From Takakia lepidozioides (taxonomy: Eukaryota; Plantae; Bryophyta), in assembly GCA_030704615.1 (NCBI GenBank), contig CM060734.1:38564001-38628000 (forward strand): a DNA stretch of 64,000 bases, in the 5' to 3' direction. Numbering within the stretch: the first letter of the stretch is position 1; every line of letters starts with the position of its first letter. The position numbers and the translations under genes are program-made. Shown here piece after piece: positions 1-11,493 of this stretch. Below the pieces are notes generated by a model. That model was not told the origin of the DNA. It saw only the letters and a list, made by a program, of their open reading frames with translations, and did no database searches.

Positions 1-1871
1 CAGCCAGCCCCAGTACCATTGCAATCCTCACCCAATGAGGTTGCAAACCCTTCACTCTAGCTGTAGTAACATCCCCCACGCTGAGGACTGCCGAGGCCAG
101 AAGCACTGAAATTAACAGAGGTTGCACAGGGGTGGATTCCACAATGAAGTAGTAGAGATCCCCAGCTGCCATAACTGCCCATCCGGCAAAAGTGACCAAC
201 ACTTCTATGGGCACTGCTGCAGCATTTATGACTGCTCCAAGACCCACCTGCAAGCATTGAAAGACTCGGTTGGTATCAAGATAGTTTTAAAATTTTACCA
301 CCTCATCCAAGACATTCACATGTGTGGTAGTCGCCATAACTGTGTGAAGACCAGAGGGGAGGTTTGGCTTTAGCCAAAGTTTATCCTCTGTGACTTCCCT
401 ACAGTGATAAGCTTCACTCAAGCACTCTAAGGTGCTGAGTATGAGATGGCTCCCTCTGTCAAATGATGTCTTCTTATTATTTTCCCTTCTGGATGCTTCA
501 GCTCTTGAAAGGTCGTTTGAAACTCAGTGCAAAGAGGAGGGAGAGAGAAGCTCTGCCTGGCAAGCATATCATTGGCCCCAGTGCAGCACAGTATAAGAGT
601 CAACGTGTGAAACAGTGGAACACTTCCTTTCACTAAATCAGTTTCAGCCCTGCACCTGTAGAATCAAGGGTAAGACATATCTCATAACTACACATTTGAA
701 GCCATAGATTATGAGGTTGTGTTGGTCCCACTTTGATTTTCAATCGCCCTTTGCAGAGAAAGCATCCCTCATTCCATTGTAACGATGGCTGGCAAGATGG
801 CAGATCTAGGTTAAGTCCCAGATGCAAAATGGAAATTTGACAATACTCACCGTTAATGCTTCAGCTACAACGAGGGCCAAATGGCTGGACCACAATACCC
901 AATGGGCTACCTCTCTTACAATGCTGGCACGCATTAAGACTACCGCCGCCAAAGCTGCCAATCCACAACAGCACCCAGAGTTAGTTCTTGCTGGCATGTA
1001 CAACAATCATGCGAGCAGCGAAGGATATCCTCCTGCAACCCGAAGAACCTTATTCCAAGAACTCTTGCGGCTGGCGGTCACGTACCTTTCCGTAGATGAC
1101 TCCCCAAAATACCCATTTATTGTTGCAAAAATGATTGACAATTTCATTGATCATATCCGGAAACTCATCTTTCCGGTCATCTTTTTTGGCAACATCCTGT
1201 CAGTATTTGCAATACTCCTCTCTCAGACAGGGCCTGTTACCTCATGACGACGCAAGTCCCATTCCAGTGGACGCCACAAAGAGCTCGGCAACAAGAAGGA
1301 AGCAATGTAAAACACTGTCCATCGTACATTGATGCGACTACTGACAAGTTTTTCTCGTTGCCCTCTTCCCCACTGCCTTTCTATGTACCTCTATGTCAAT
1401 TGCGCAGTCAGTCAAAACAAGATAGAAGGAAAGGCGAAACACCAGGTGGAATGAGGTCATACCTGCCGCCCAGAATAGGTAATTCGGACTTTCAACAGGG
1501 GGCTTTGATAATTCCTTAAAGAAGGGCGGTAACCTGGTCTGTTCTTCCACATCCGCACCAGCTGCTGGCTCCTCCGCTTTACCATATGTACTGGAAGCTG
1601 TTGGGCCCTCAGCGAACCCTAGTCCAAGAAACCGTCTTTTTGAGTGAGAGAATGCAAGGAATCGCGTCGACACGAGCCTCTGCTGAACCACACTTCCCGG
1701 GTCTTGTAGGCATTGTTTCCCGGGATTGCGATGCAGCGAATGAGTATTGAGGGAGGAAAATGTGCTGTTGGCCTTTACACGGATACTATGGGGACGAGCG
1801 GAAGGTCGAGGAGGGGCAGAGATGGGCCCAGCCCTGCTGAGCGCGCTTGGGCGCACCAGCCCGGCAGCCAT
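1..1871 (-). CDS. Probable plastid-targeted multi-pass membrane protein, 3'-partial (exons 1871-1463, 954-851, 247-<1)
   Basis: Exon 1 reads MAAGLVRPSALSRAGPISAPPRPSARPHSIRVKANST..., a Ser/Arg/Ala-rich transit-peptide-like start, and ends at donor G|gtatga (phase 1). Exon 2 (cag| ... |gtgagt) reads ALAAVVLMRASIVREVAHWVLWSSHLALVVAEALT. Exon 3 (tgcag|) reads VGLGAVINAAAVPIEVLVTFAGWAVMAAGDLYYFIVESTPVQPLLISVLLASAVLSVGD..., open to the window edge. Phases are consistent. From memory it resembles the At5g63040-type family (not verified). Confidence 0.7.
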
Positions 1872-2130
1872 AGCCAGCACTCGCAGAGCTTCTCGGGTTC
1901 AGGGGGTTTGACGGATGAGCTGCTGAGAGGCCGAAACAATCGACGAACGAAAACGTTGCCGGAAATTGACGAAACATAAACGAGGAGCGGAAAACTGACG
2001 AAGTCAGAAACGATGACGGAACTCACAGTTGGCCAAACCGCTGAATGAAGATTCTGTCGACAGAATGCGTCGTAGGACATATTCAAGTGTGAGAATGAAT
2101 CATTTCTGTGCATCCAAGTTACGTAGGCTA

Positions 2131-2262
2131 TGCATGGTACAACTAACGTGATGGTTAGTGGGGTCCACCTCTGCCAGTGCGCCACATATACAACTGGGCC
2201 ATACCTGCGATAGTGCCACGTTGAGGGATTCACTGCCACGTGCCGGTGAATACTGCCACCTG
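2131..2262. promoter_or_regulatory. ABRE/G-box cluster plus RY-like motif in a shared divergent promoter
   Basis: TGCCACGT at 2214, TGCCACGTG at 2234 and TGCCACCTG at 2254; the reverse complement ACGTGGCA is the ABRE core. TGCATG (RY core) at 2131-2136. About 360-490 bp upstream of the MFT ATG. Confidence 0.6.
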
Positions 2263-2619
2263 CAAGAATGGACCGACAGGTGCCCGGATAGTCGTCTCTT
2301 TCAAAGAGCTTCGATGGCGGGGAACACAAGCCTTTGCCTATTTTCTACCTGCTGCGCTTCGATTTGAGTTTTGGAGAGACGTGTGTGGCGAGAGAGGGAG
2401 AGAGGTGGAACGTAGGGAGGTTCTAATTGTATATCTTCACGTCGAAGTCTTATATTTCTGAAGCTTTGAAGTTCTCAAGAAGAAACATCAAGCCTGCAAG
2501 CTGAAGCTGAGGCGGAAGTTCTTGCAAGGATCACAAGTTATTTGGTCTAAAGTATTTTGAGGTTGATAAGAGGATCACTCAGGTCTGATAGGGGCAAGTA
2601 GAAAGGTGCGGTTTCTATC

Positions 2620-5031
2620 ATGGCACGTTCGATAGATCCGTTGGTGGTTGGGAGAGTGGTAGGGGAAGTCATCGACATGTTTGTACCAAGCGTGGATATG
2701 ACGGTTAACTATACTGCGCGCCAGGTAATCGGAAAACATCTGAGAAGCATCTGGTTCTTGATCTGAATAAGCAACTCTGTTGCTGTGAGATGAGATTGAG
2801 GTTCAGGCTTTGGAAGTGGTTACCGAAGCTACTTTTGGTTGCAGTCCTATAGTGCTGATGAAGGCGCCTTCAGCTTGAATGTGTGCAATGTTGAGAAGCG
2901 TACTCATTTGACTTCACTTTAGACAGTTTTCAAAGATGCCTGCAAATAGCCGGCAATGCTTGCTTCCAGTGTCTAATTATGTTCTTTTTGAATCACAATC
3001 AACCCTAAAATATTGGAAGTATTTGGCACCTCAAATACTTAGAAAATGCGGAAATAGACCCACAACATGTTAGGTCTCCTCTTTTTCAATAGAGTCCGTC
3101 TGGCTGATCAATTCTTCTAAACCTCCTTCATGGATAAGATGGTAGGGTGTCTCCTTTCCAAAGAATTTGATCATGTGCTTGTTATGTATGTATGGCAGGT
3201 GAGCAATGGTTGTCAAATGAAGCCTTCGGCCACTTCGCAGGCGCCGAATGTCCAGGTGTCCGGTCACAATGCTGATGGTTCTGCCTTCACCCTGGTTGAG
3301 CTCCCTATCCCTTCTTGTTCTCTCTATATTTCTCGAGCTATTTCTTTGTCAGTCGTATATAGATCTAACTACACAACTGTGTGACAGCGGGCATGCATTG
3401 TCCACGGCTGCTTAAAATACACGGAGGCAATATCATGATGATTTTTCAGGACAGATATTGACAGGAAAGGCTCGTTCGTGACCTGCATTCCCCTGGTAAC
3501 CTGTCTCCAGTATGATACACAAGTCAATAGATTTGCTTTGCACGGATTCTTGACATGTTTAAGCTCTCCACGGTACATTCGAAAGTAAACTGATTCGAAC
3601 GCCACTTTGTGTTGAAGCTAAATGCAGGCGAGCGGTTCGCTTTAAAGTCCTATAATTTGTTGCAAATGGGGATCTAAAAAAGTCAGTGCCGCGTGACCCC
3701 GGGTGACCAGTTTCGTCATATTCACAAGTTTACTTGCGACTAGACACAACTTAGCTACATACTATGTGAAAGTAGCAGTCAGGTCGTTCGTTGGCAAAGA
3801 TTACCTGGGAAAGAGATATCAAGTTGGAAACTTGGATAACATTGGGAAAGGCAAAGTTATCTTCCATTTACAACAGGACTTGCCCTCGACTGACATGTCT
3901 GGACTCTAGCCGTCAGTCACACGTGACATAAATCAGCAGCTCATCGGTATACATGCAACACCTGATCAACCTACCTATGTGGTCACTAGGGATTCAAACT
4001 TGTACTTCACGCAATATCTGAACCACGGTGATCATTGATGTGTGAAACCAAGCTCTTAATTAGTGGTGTAGTAGATTTGAGGCGAGTGGTTGCTGGTGGT
4101 TCCTTGCAGGTGTGCACTTGATCGGTGCTCAATCCTAGGTACGGGCCTTCAAGTTGGGTGCCCTGAGGTGGACGATTGTACCAATTATCTAGGACTTCCT
4201 TTCACAGTTGCTGAAAATTAAACCTCAGGACTCAACTAATTCGTACTGTGGTCCAGGAGGTTCCTTAGAGGTATTCTGGGTGCACAAAGGATTCCAATCT
4301 CTGCAAGTGACCTTTTCATAATGTCCACTATGAATTGATTTGAAACTAACTAACCAGCCACGTGCACCGTTCAATAATCAAGTCCGATATGAGAAGTGGT
4401 AAGAAACCTCTGAGTACTCCATCTCAAGATGGGCTCCCAGCATATAATGTACAACGGAAGGTGCGGCCTGAATGTGGTGAACAAATTTTTTTATGTGTAT
4501 ATATGTGTATATATATAACATATCTGTCACGAATATACATAGGAATCAAATGAAATTACTTCTGTTTTTCTGCCGACTGGTGCTCTGCTCGCCCTGCGGT
4601 TAGGTGCTTGGTTTGTCTCCAAGGAATTTTTGACTCTTTGTGTTTTGTTCGTCTATGACCTCTTCTAATTGAGATCTTGACAATCTGAGGTTTGATGTCT
4701 TGACGTCTGTTGAGAGAAGTACTGATAGCAGATCTGTTACAAAGGTACAGTCGCGGATACTAGAATCAGAACCTCATCTACATACAGCTGTTCCAGAATG
4801 TTAACGCTATCTAGGAGAGGAGTCTGATGTATGTCTCTATATGCATGTTATGCGGGTGCAGGTGATGACAGATCCGGATGCGCCGAGTCCAAGTGAGCCT
4901 TCCATGAGAGAATTGGTCCACTGGTATGCTCTTTCGAACTGAATAGGAAGAGTTATTCTGTACAAGTTGCAAAGGCCGACGTTGACATGTGCTCAACTCC
5001 TGGTAATCCAGCATCTAATGAAAATATCTCT

Positions 5032-5099
<68 letters not shown>

Positions 5100-6530
5100 T
5101 GTGCACAGACATGTAACATGTTGTGCACGTAATTATATGCCGCAGCATGAAGCAAGATGATTTTAGCTCATGCCCAAAGATCTCTCTCAGTGAGTTCTCA
5201 TTGTAGTAGTGTCCAACTGTTAGTCTCCCCCAGACTAACAGAGTGAGGCCAAACGCTCCGTACGAAAATCGGAATATTTAATCGATATGCTGTGGATATT
5301 GGTGTTGTTTAATATATGATATTATAACATGTCCACTAGCTGTCATAAATGCCACATTCGATACTTGAGACCAGGTTTAAAGTTTGGGTTGGCTGGTGCC
5401 ATGGCCGTTCTACATATGTTAGCTGTCGCTTATCGGATGACCGACCAATATGATCCGCGTTCACAACCAAACCACTGTGGTGCTGTAGCCACAAATTCGG
5501 AATCTAGGACCAGCAGGTGTCCAACAAACTCGCTTCTCTACCATGCCTGTCCCCAAGTCTACCAGGATGGGAGTTCTGAAGCAGATGCGGAACGTCAGTT
5601 GACAAATTGTCTTGTTGTGTACTAGAATTTACAAGCTACTAGATTCAAAGCTGTAGGACAGTTCAGTGAAAGCTCGCTGATGTTGCCGCCCTGTTGCCAT
5701 CGTTTGCAACTCGTGTCCTGGCGTGTTTCACGTGTATGCTGACAAAAAGTCGTTGGTTGATGCAGGATTGTAACGGACATTCCGGGAGCCACCGATGTAT
5801 CCCCAGGTAAGCACTAATAAACCTGATATGAGTTGTCTCAATTTTCATTTCCCTGCATGTTGTTGGGTTCGTGAGGGTGGAGAGAGACGTAGAAGAGGAT
5901 GAGCAGATAGTTTGGATTCTGTACTGATGCTGTTGGAGACTGAAGTATGTTTTATCTTTAGTCATTTTGTAGGATTTTACAGGTCCATGTTTCTTCTGTC
6001 TCGCCTGAGCATAACTAGCTGATGATCCATTACCCCTTACGTTCTCCATAAAATTAGTATGCGCTGCGTAAATGTATTGCCATCTTTATCGAAATATCTA
6101 TCGGCTGAGGCGCGTGGTCATCCTAGCACTTTCTAAGTACACATCTAGTACTAGTGGAACTTCTATGTCGCTGCATGGACTGATATGAGATGCGTGTGCT
6201 ACTCTCCTTGTGTGTCCTTATCTCTCGAGCTATCTTCTTTCCCATAATTTTCTCGTTTTTTCTCCAGACGACGCGTGGTTAAAGGAACGAAAGGGGGCGA
6301 TGCCTGAAGGAAGAGAGATAGTGCCGTATTTGGGTCCCCGTCCTCCCATAGGAATACACAGATACATTTTCGTGCTTTTCAAGCAGCCGCGCGGCCCTTT
6401 AATTGTGGCTCCGCCTCGAATGCGCAACAACTTCAACACCCGCAGCTTTGCTGCAGAACATGGGCTAGGCTTGCCAGTTGCAGCCACATATTTCAATGCA
6501 CAGAAAGAGCCTGGGAATAAAAGACGTTAA
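2620..6530 (+). CDS. MFT: MOTHER OF FT AND TFL1-like PEBP protein (exons 2620-2724, 3199-3294, 4862-4923, 5766-5806, 6268[or 6310]-6530)
   Basis: Reads MARSIDPLVVGRVVGEVIDMF..., DPDAPSPSEP, HWIVTDIPG, GIHRY and YFNAQKEP (the Pro near the C-terminus is typical of MFT). It has the canonical 62-nt and 41-nt PEBP internal exons. All introns are GT-AG and phase-consistent. Confidence 0.95.
5034..5099. repeat. (CT)n(AC)n microsatellite in MFT intron 3
   Basis: Directly visible perfect CT run 5034-5090 followed by AC repeats. Confidence 0.95.
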
Positions 6531-8273
6531 ATGGTGGTCATGGAATGAAATAACGGGACACAAGTTGAAAGTGGGTTGGTACTTGTTACTACAGAAGTTT
6601 GTCGCCAGGAGGAAGGATCTGGAAAAGTGGAACTATTGGAACTGCAGGAGCATCTCAGCAAAACATTCATCGTAGGTTTCATGGTCAACAGCTTTGTACA
6701 GCATTCTTTGAAGGGCATGCGGTTGAACTTTCCCGACCCTCTTAATGTAGTTGAATGCACATTAGAACTTATGGTGACCATCATGATATAAACTTGTTTT
6801 GATCGCAAACCGTGTCACATGTTTGGAAATTCTGACATGTGGTCATGTTATGAACTTGGTCTGTATAGCGGAAAGGCTTGCATCGATTACTCCCTAGCCT
6901 CCCGTAGCTATGGCTTATAATCAAATAAATAAATAAATGATGGCAACCAAAGTTAGCGTAATAAGTTTCTGTTTCTCAAGCGGGTGCTGCCCTCAACAAA
7001 TACAATTATAGATCCCTTAGAACATCACCACCCTTGAGCCCCAAAAACTCCCTGTAACACAAAAGATAGTGTCATCGATTTAGTCCCTGCTGGGTTCTGT
7101 GGCGCGGCAGCCCGACTCGCGTACACCCTTGTCCCTGAATCGCCCACGCTATCCCCGCGCATCTCGCCTCCCTTTGGCCGGAAGGGGCGAGATCTCCGCC
7201 AAGATGCTGACAGGCACGCGCTTGGTCAGTTGACTTGGATTCAGGGACGTTTACTGTGCGCAGAGTACAGCGCTCGGGTTCAGTGCACGGAACGATATTC
7301 AGTGCGAGCTTTTCACTGGATATAGGGTTCATTGCATGGGTGGGGACATTTCCGCCCACCATACCCTCATGTTCCGTTGGCAGTGTAGGATGGGGATGCT
7401 CTTACAACATAGATCTAGACCTTTTTGACTATTACCTTCATGATCTAAGCAAGGACACAGCCCAAGGTACTGCCTCCCTTTGCGCTTTAATGTGAATAAT
7501 TTTGGTATCCTTGAGCGTTCATTGGAATATGTCGCCAAAGTTTCATTAAAATAATTCCGCCAGTAGGGAGCTGGCATGGCGAAGTGGAGAGGTGGCAGTG
7601 CGGGTGGGAAGGTAAGGGACAAAAGGGAAAAGGGGAATTGATGGGTGGATAGATGGCCCCCAATATATGTAAGTAGTTAGTGTGCAAGTGTCAAATAGTG
7701 GAGTAGATTTCTGTAGGGAGTTTTTTCCACTGGCCACCTTGCCACCAACAAATCGACCCTCCCTCTCCTCCTCCTCCTCCTCCTCTTCAATCTGACCTAC
7801 ATTTTTGTTTTTTATCCTTTGCACATGTACACTGATATTCCGCGAACAGAGTTTACTTGGGTTGTGTATAGCATACCAACAGTCGTTACAATGCATGTAA
7901 TAAGCAGGGTGCCATATGGACGTCACCGTGGATCATTAGTAACTCGTACGCCATGCTTTGTGCTTCAAGTCTATGATTCCATATTCTGTCTCCAGGTAGA
8001 AGCGGGGCACAGCGCACTATTTAATCTTAACCCTTAAGCGACGAGAGCAGTTTTGGACCATTTCGCCAAAAACTGGGCCCCCCCCCCCTCATACGTGGCC
8101 CTGTATCTCCCTACCCCCTTTCATCCAGAGGGATGAACCGTTGCAAATTGTTCCCAGCTACCAGATGCTGAAGCACCCCAAAAATGGGCAAATTCCACCG
8201 TTGAATTTGAGATATTATAACGTATGCAGAGGGTGCATTTTCTGCTGAATGCAAATAATGGTCCTCAAAAGCA

Positions 8274-8525
8274 ATGACCCATCTTGAGTTCTCCCTGGCC
8301 TTGGCACATGCTCTCACGTCACACCCTGGAGTTGTTGTGCACTCGAACAGGGCCATTGTGTTGTCGTGCTCGCCTTCGAGATGGCATTCGTCTTTGCACA
8401 GTCCACTTCGTCGTGTGTGCACACAATGCAACATGCGGACTCACTACTTTTGTCCCCAGTGTGATAATGCTTTCTTATGTCTTGGTTCTTGTTGGCGTGA
8501 AGCACATCTCGTGAGGAGAAGGTGA
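8274..8525 (+). pseudogene. piggyBac transposase C-terminal fragment with Cys-rich zinc-binding domain
   Basis: MTHLEFSLALAHAL...RRVCTQCNMRTHYFCPQCDNAFLCLGSCWREAH matches the PGBD4-type pattern CxxC-T-Y-CxxC-LC-xxxC-(F/W)xxxH, preceded by the F-xx-LA-xL helix. Confidence 0.75.
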
Positions 8526-8583
8526 AGTGGTTCCTGTTCTAGCAGCCAATTTGGGACATCGACGTGGATGGTTACTGGCATTC

Positions 8584-8611
8584 GTGTGTGTGTGTGTGTG
8601 TGTATCAGCCA

Positions 8612-8643
<32 letters not shown>

Positions 8644-8660
8644 TGTGGGGGGGGGGGGGG
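8584..8660. repeat. (GT)n microsatellite and poly-G
   Basis: Directly visible. Confidence 0.9.
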
Positions 8661-10570
8661 AGAGGGGGGGAACTGTCTGCATATAAGGGCAGATCAGGGG
8701 GTTCGAATCCCCCTCAGTTCGAGCTTTTGTCGTGGGTTTCAGTCTAGTCTGCTCCCTGTTGGTGTCCTCGTCTTTGTCTATTGGTAGTTGAAGAAGTCCG
8801 AGGAGAAGGAACCATGTAGTTCACTGGCAGTTGGAGTCGGGTGGGTCACATGTTGGCAAAACAGGGAGACGATCATCGGGGCGGTTTGAATGACGTGGCC
8901 CTGCAAACACGAGGGAGTGAATGACGTGGCCCGGAATGCGTTGCCGGATTCAGTGGCAAATCCGGCAACTATATGCCTGAGTTGAAATTGGTCGGAAATC
9001 CTCCATCTTAGCACCATTTTTACTCCAATTTGTTGGATTTTTGGCCAGTGCACTCTCAATATAGGCATGCTCACACTGACCGTTGGCATTCCAATTTGGC
9101 CAACAATATGGGGACCTCCAGCATCTGATTTGCAAATTACCCATTTTGAGCCTTTGTTGGGACAGCTTGTCCAGTTTTCTAGGTTTTGTTTTTTTTGAGC
9201 CATTGCGGTACATATTCAGTCTAGCCGCTTGTTTTATTGGTAGTTGATGTGTGGCAAGTGGTGGGACCAAGGATTCTACGGGTTGACACATGTGGGGAAA
9301 CCTTCCTTCTAGAAGGTTGCAACACTGATTCACGGGAGGGAACGCTCTCCTCCCGGGGCTACATGGAGCATCTCTAGCGGTGGCCTTTAAATGTGCCCCT
9401 TATTGAGGCTTTGGTGGGCCCACTTCTTGTATAACCAAACAAATATCGGATCATGGCTCGTTAAATTTTCCTCTGCATAGCATTGCTCCTCCGGTAGAGG
9501 CCACGTGTTTGATGTTGGTTGTGCCGCACATGTCACCTATGATGGACCCCCCCCTCCAACAATGATACGAGTCCTCTATCCTCTGTCAGACTAATGGGCG
9601 GGTCCCACACAGATTTTCAGAAGCGTTTGGCGTTCCTTACAGAGAATTTGAAGAGCAGGCCCACTAGGAGACCTAGTTGTTCCCGGACTACTTTTTAGTG
9701 TTGCATGGCTAGAGTTGTAGCCCAATGTGATGGGCAAATACCACCTCCATTGTGGGTTCATCACAAATGTGTCCACCTTCTTGCTGGAAGACAATAGCCC
9801 TTGGGGGTGAAGACACACCATGAGGCGTCATATATATATATTGCATGGCTATTTGGCTGTTGGATGCTTTAAGCCTACAACTTGCTATATGTAGCAACTA
9901 CTTTAGTTGGATCTGCATGCAAGCCCCAAAAAAATGCAAACATGACAACCATAGCTATATTGGATTGTGGGTTTGGGGTTCAATCCCCGGTAGTTTCGTC
10001 GGATTTGGGGTTCTGTCCGGAAAATACACCCAGATATACTAGCTGGGTGGGTATCTGTGGGACTAGGAAGTGTGGATACCCTTCTGTTAGGGTATATTTG
10101 TATGATATATCAATATATAAGGGTCCCAAATCCTCCGGGCGGTTGATCCTGAAGGTCGGAAAGACGAAGGCAAATGGCCCGGCCAATGAGAAGGGCGGGT
10201 TGGGCTGCTGGGACGCCCGAATGATGAGGGCATGTGTCGATCATTGCGTAGAAATAGCGGAATGTTCTAGACGCTTCAAGAAAAACAACCAGGCGGTGTG
10301 CTCTGGAACATTCAAGAACTACCTACGATGAAAGTTTTGGAGCTTTGAAGAACAACGACAGGCGGCCCGCTCTTTGGAGAAGTACGATCCAGGAGTGGTG
10401 GGGCCAGACGAGGGGTGTGAGGTACGGTGGTGGGGCTCAGCGACCGCTACATAAGGAGCAGACTAGTGCCGAGATAGTGTGGGGCCGATTCACTTGCGTT
10501 AGGGTAGGAAATGCAAAGGATGAAAGCAGCGGCTAGGGAGAGGGCAAAGGAAAAATGCAAGAGCACTGAA

Positions 10571-11200
10571 AAATATTTGGAAGTTAGTGTCACCATCGGT
10601 GTTGGTGCAGCAGATATAGACGTCATAGAATTTCATGGACCGCGTATGCATCTCCGGATTGTGTGCATTGGAAAGGGTTGACACACTATTTCACCTTCAC
10701 CTGCAAATAGTTTGTACACTTTATGTTTCTAGCTTGTTGATGTTAAACAGGTTCATTACAAAGCCCTTTGTGGAAAAGACCTACACACTTTTATTGGGAT
10801 GGTTGGTTACTGTTTAAAGAATATCAACAAACCTGGTTTCAAATTCGTACATCACAATATCAGTGCCGAACAAATGCAGAATGGGCTTGATGAGTATGTC
10901 AAGTACGGCGCTTCATCAATTAAAAACCGAGCGTGTCTCACACATCAAAATCTACTGGAACACGCACAAATGTGGTCGAAGCACAAAATGAGAAGGCAAC
11001 TTGGTACTACCTTGCCCGTGTTCTATTTAACATGTTGAAGTCTAGTCACGTTATCCTGCAGCATCTTGGGTCATTCCGTTTAAAAATAACGGCATGGACT
11101 TCAACATAGCTCAATCGATCTGGAAGGCAATGCATGTGTTGGAAATGGTAGATGTAGTATGGATTTTTTTGGAATGTGGTACAGCTAGTTCCCGTTTACA
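10571..11200 (+). mobile_element. Replitron-like HUH endonuclease relic
   Basis: Frameshifted reading EVSVTIGVGAADIDV...FMDRVCISGLCALERVDTLFHLHLQIV (HUH motif at 10692-10700)...KALCGKDLHTFIGMVGYCLK (catalytic Tyr at 10808)...HNISAEQMQNGLDEYVKYG..KNRACLT. This matches the Replitron HUH motif order as I recall it. Element ends not identified. Confidence 0.7.
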
Positions 11201-11493
11201 AGAATTGTACTGTACTAAGCTTGCAGACAAAGCTACTGTTGAATTGGGTCTGTCCAGTTCTGTAGATTCCATACATAGTGTAGTTACTCCAATGCATATT
11301 TTGGTTGTTCAGCAGGTTCCCTATATCCCCGTCTTTGGCAGAACACTCGTCGGAATGAGTATGGATTTTAGATTAGTATATTTGTTTCCTTTCGTTCTTT
11401 TATACCCTTGTAACTTTCAAATGTTTATACTTGTAAATAAAGTTCCGGACCATCAAGTATTAAATCAAAGCGTTAATAATCTACAAATATTGA

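Noticed and set aside
822-1247. 141-aa + strand ORF and other ORF-track entries overlapping the three genes
   Set aside because: Antisense or off-frame shadows of real exons and introns.
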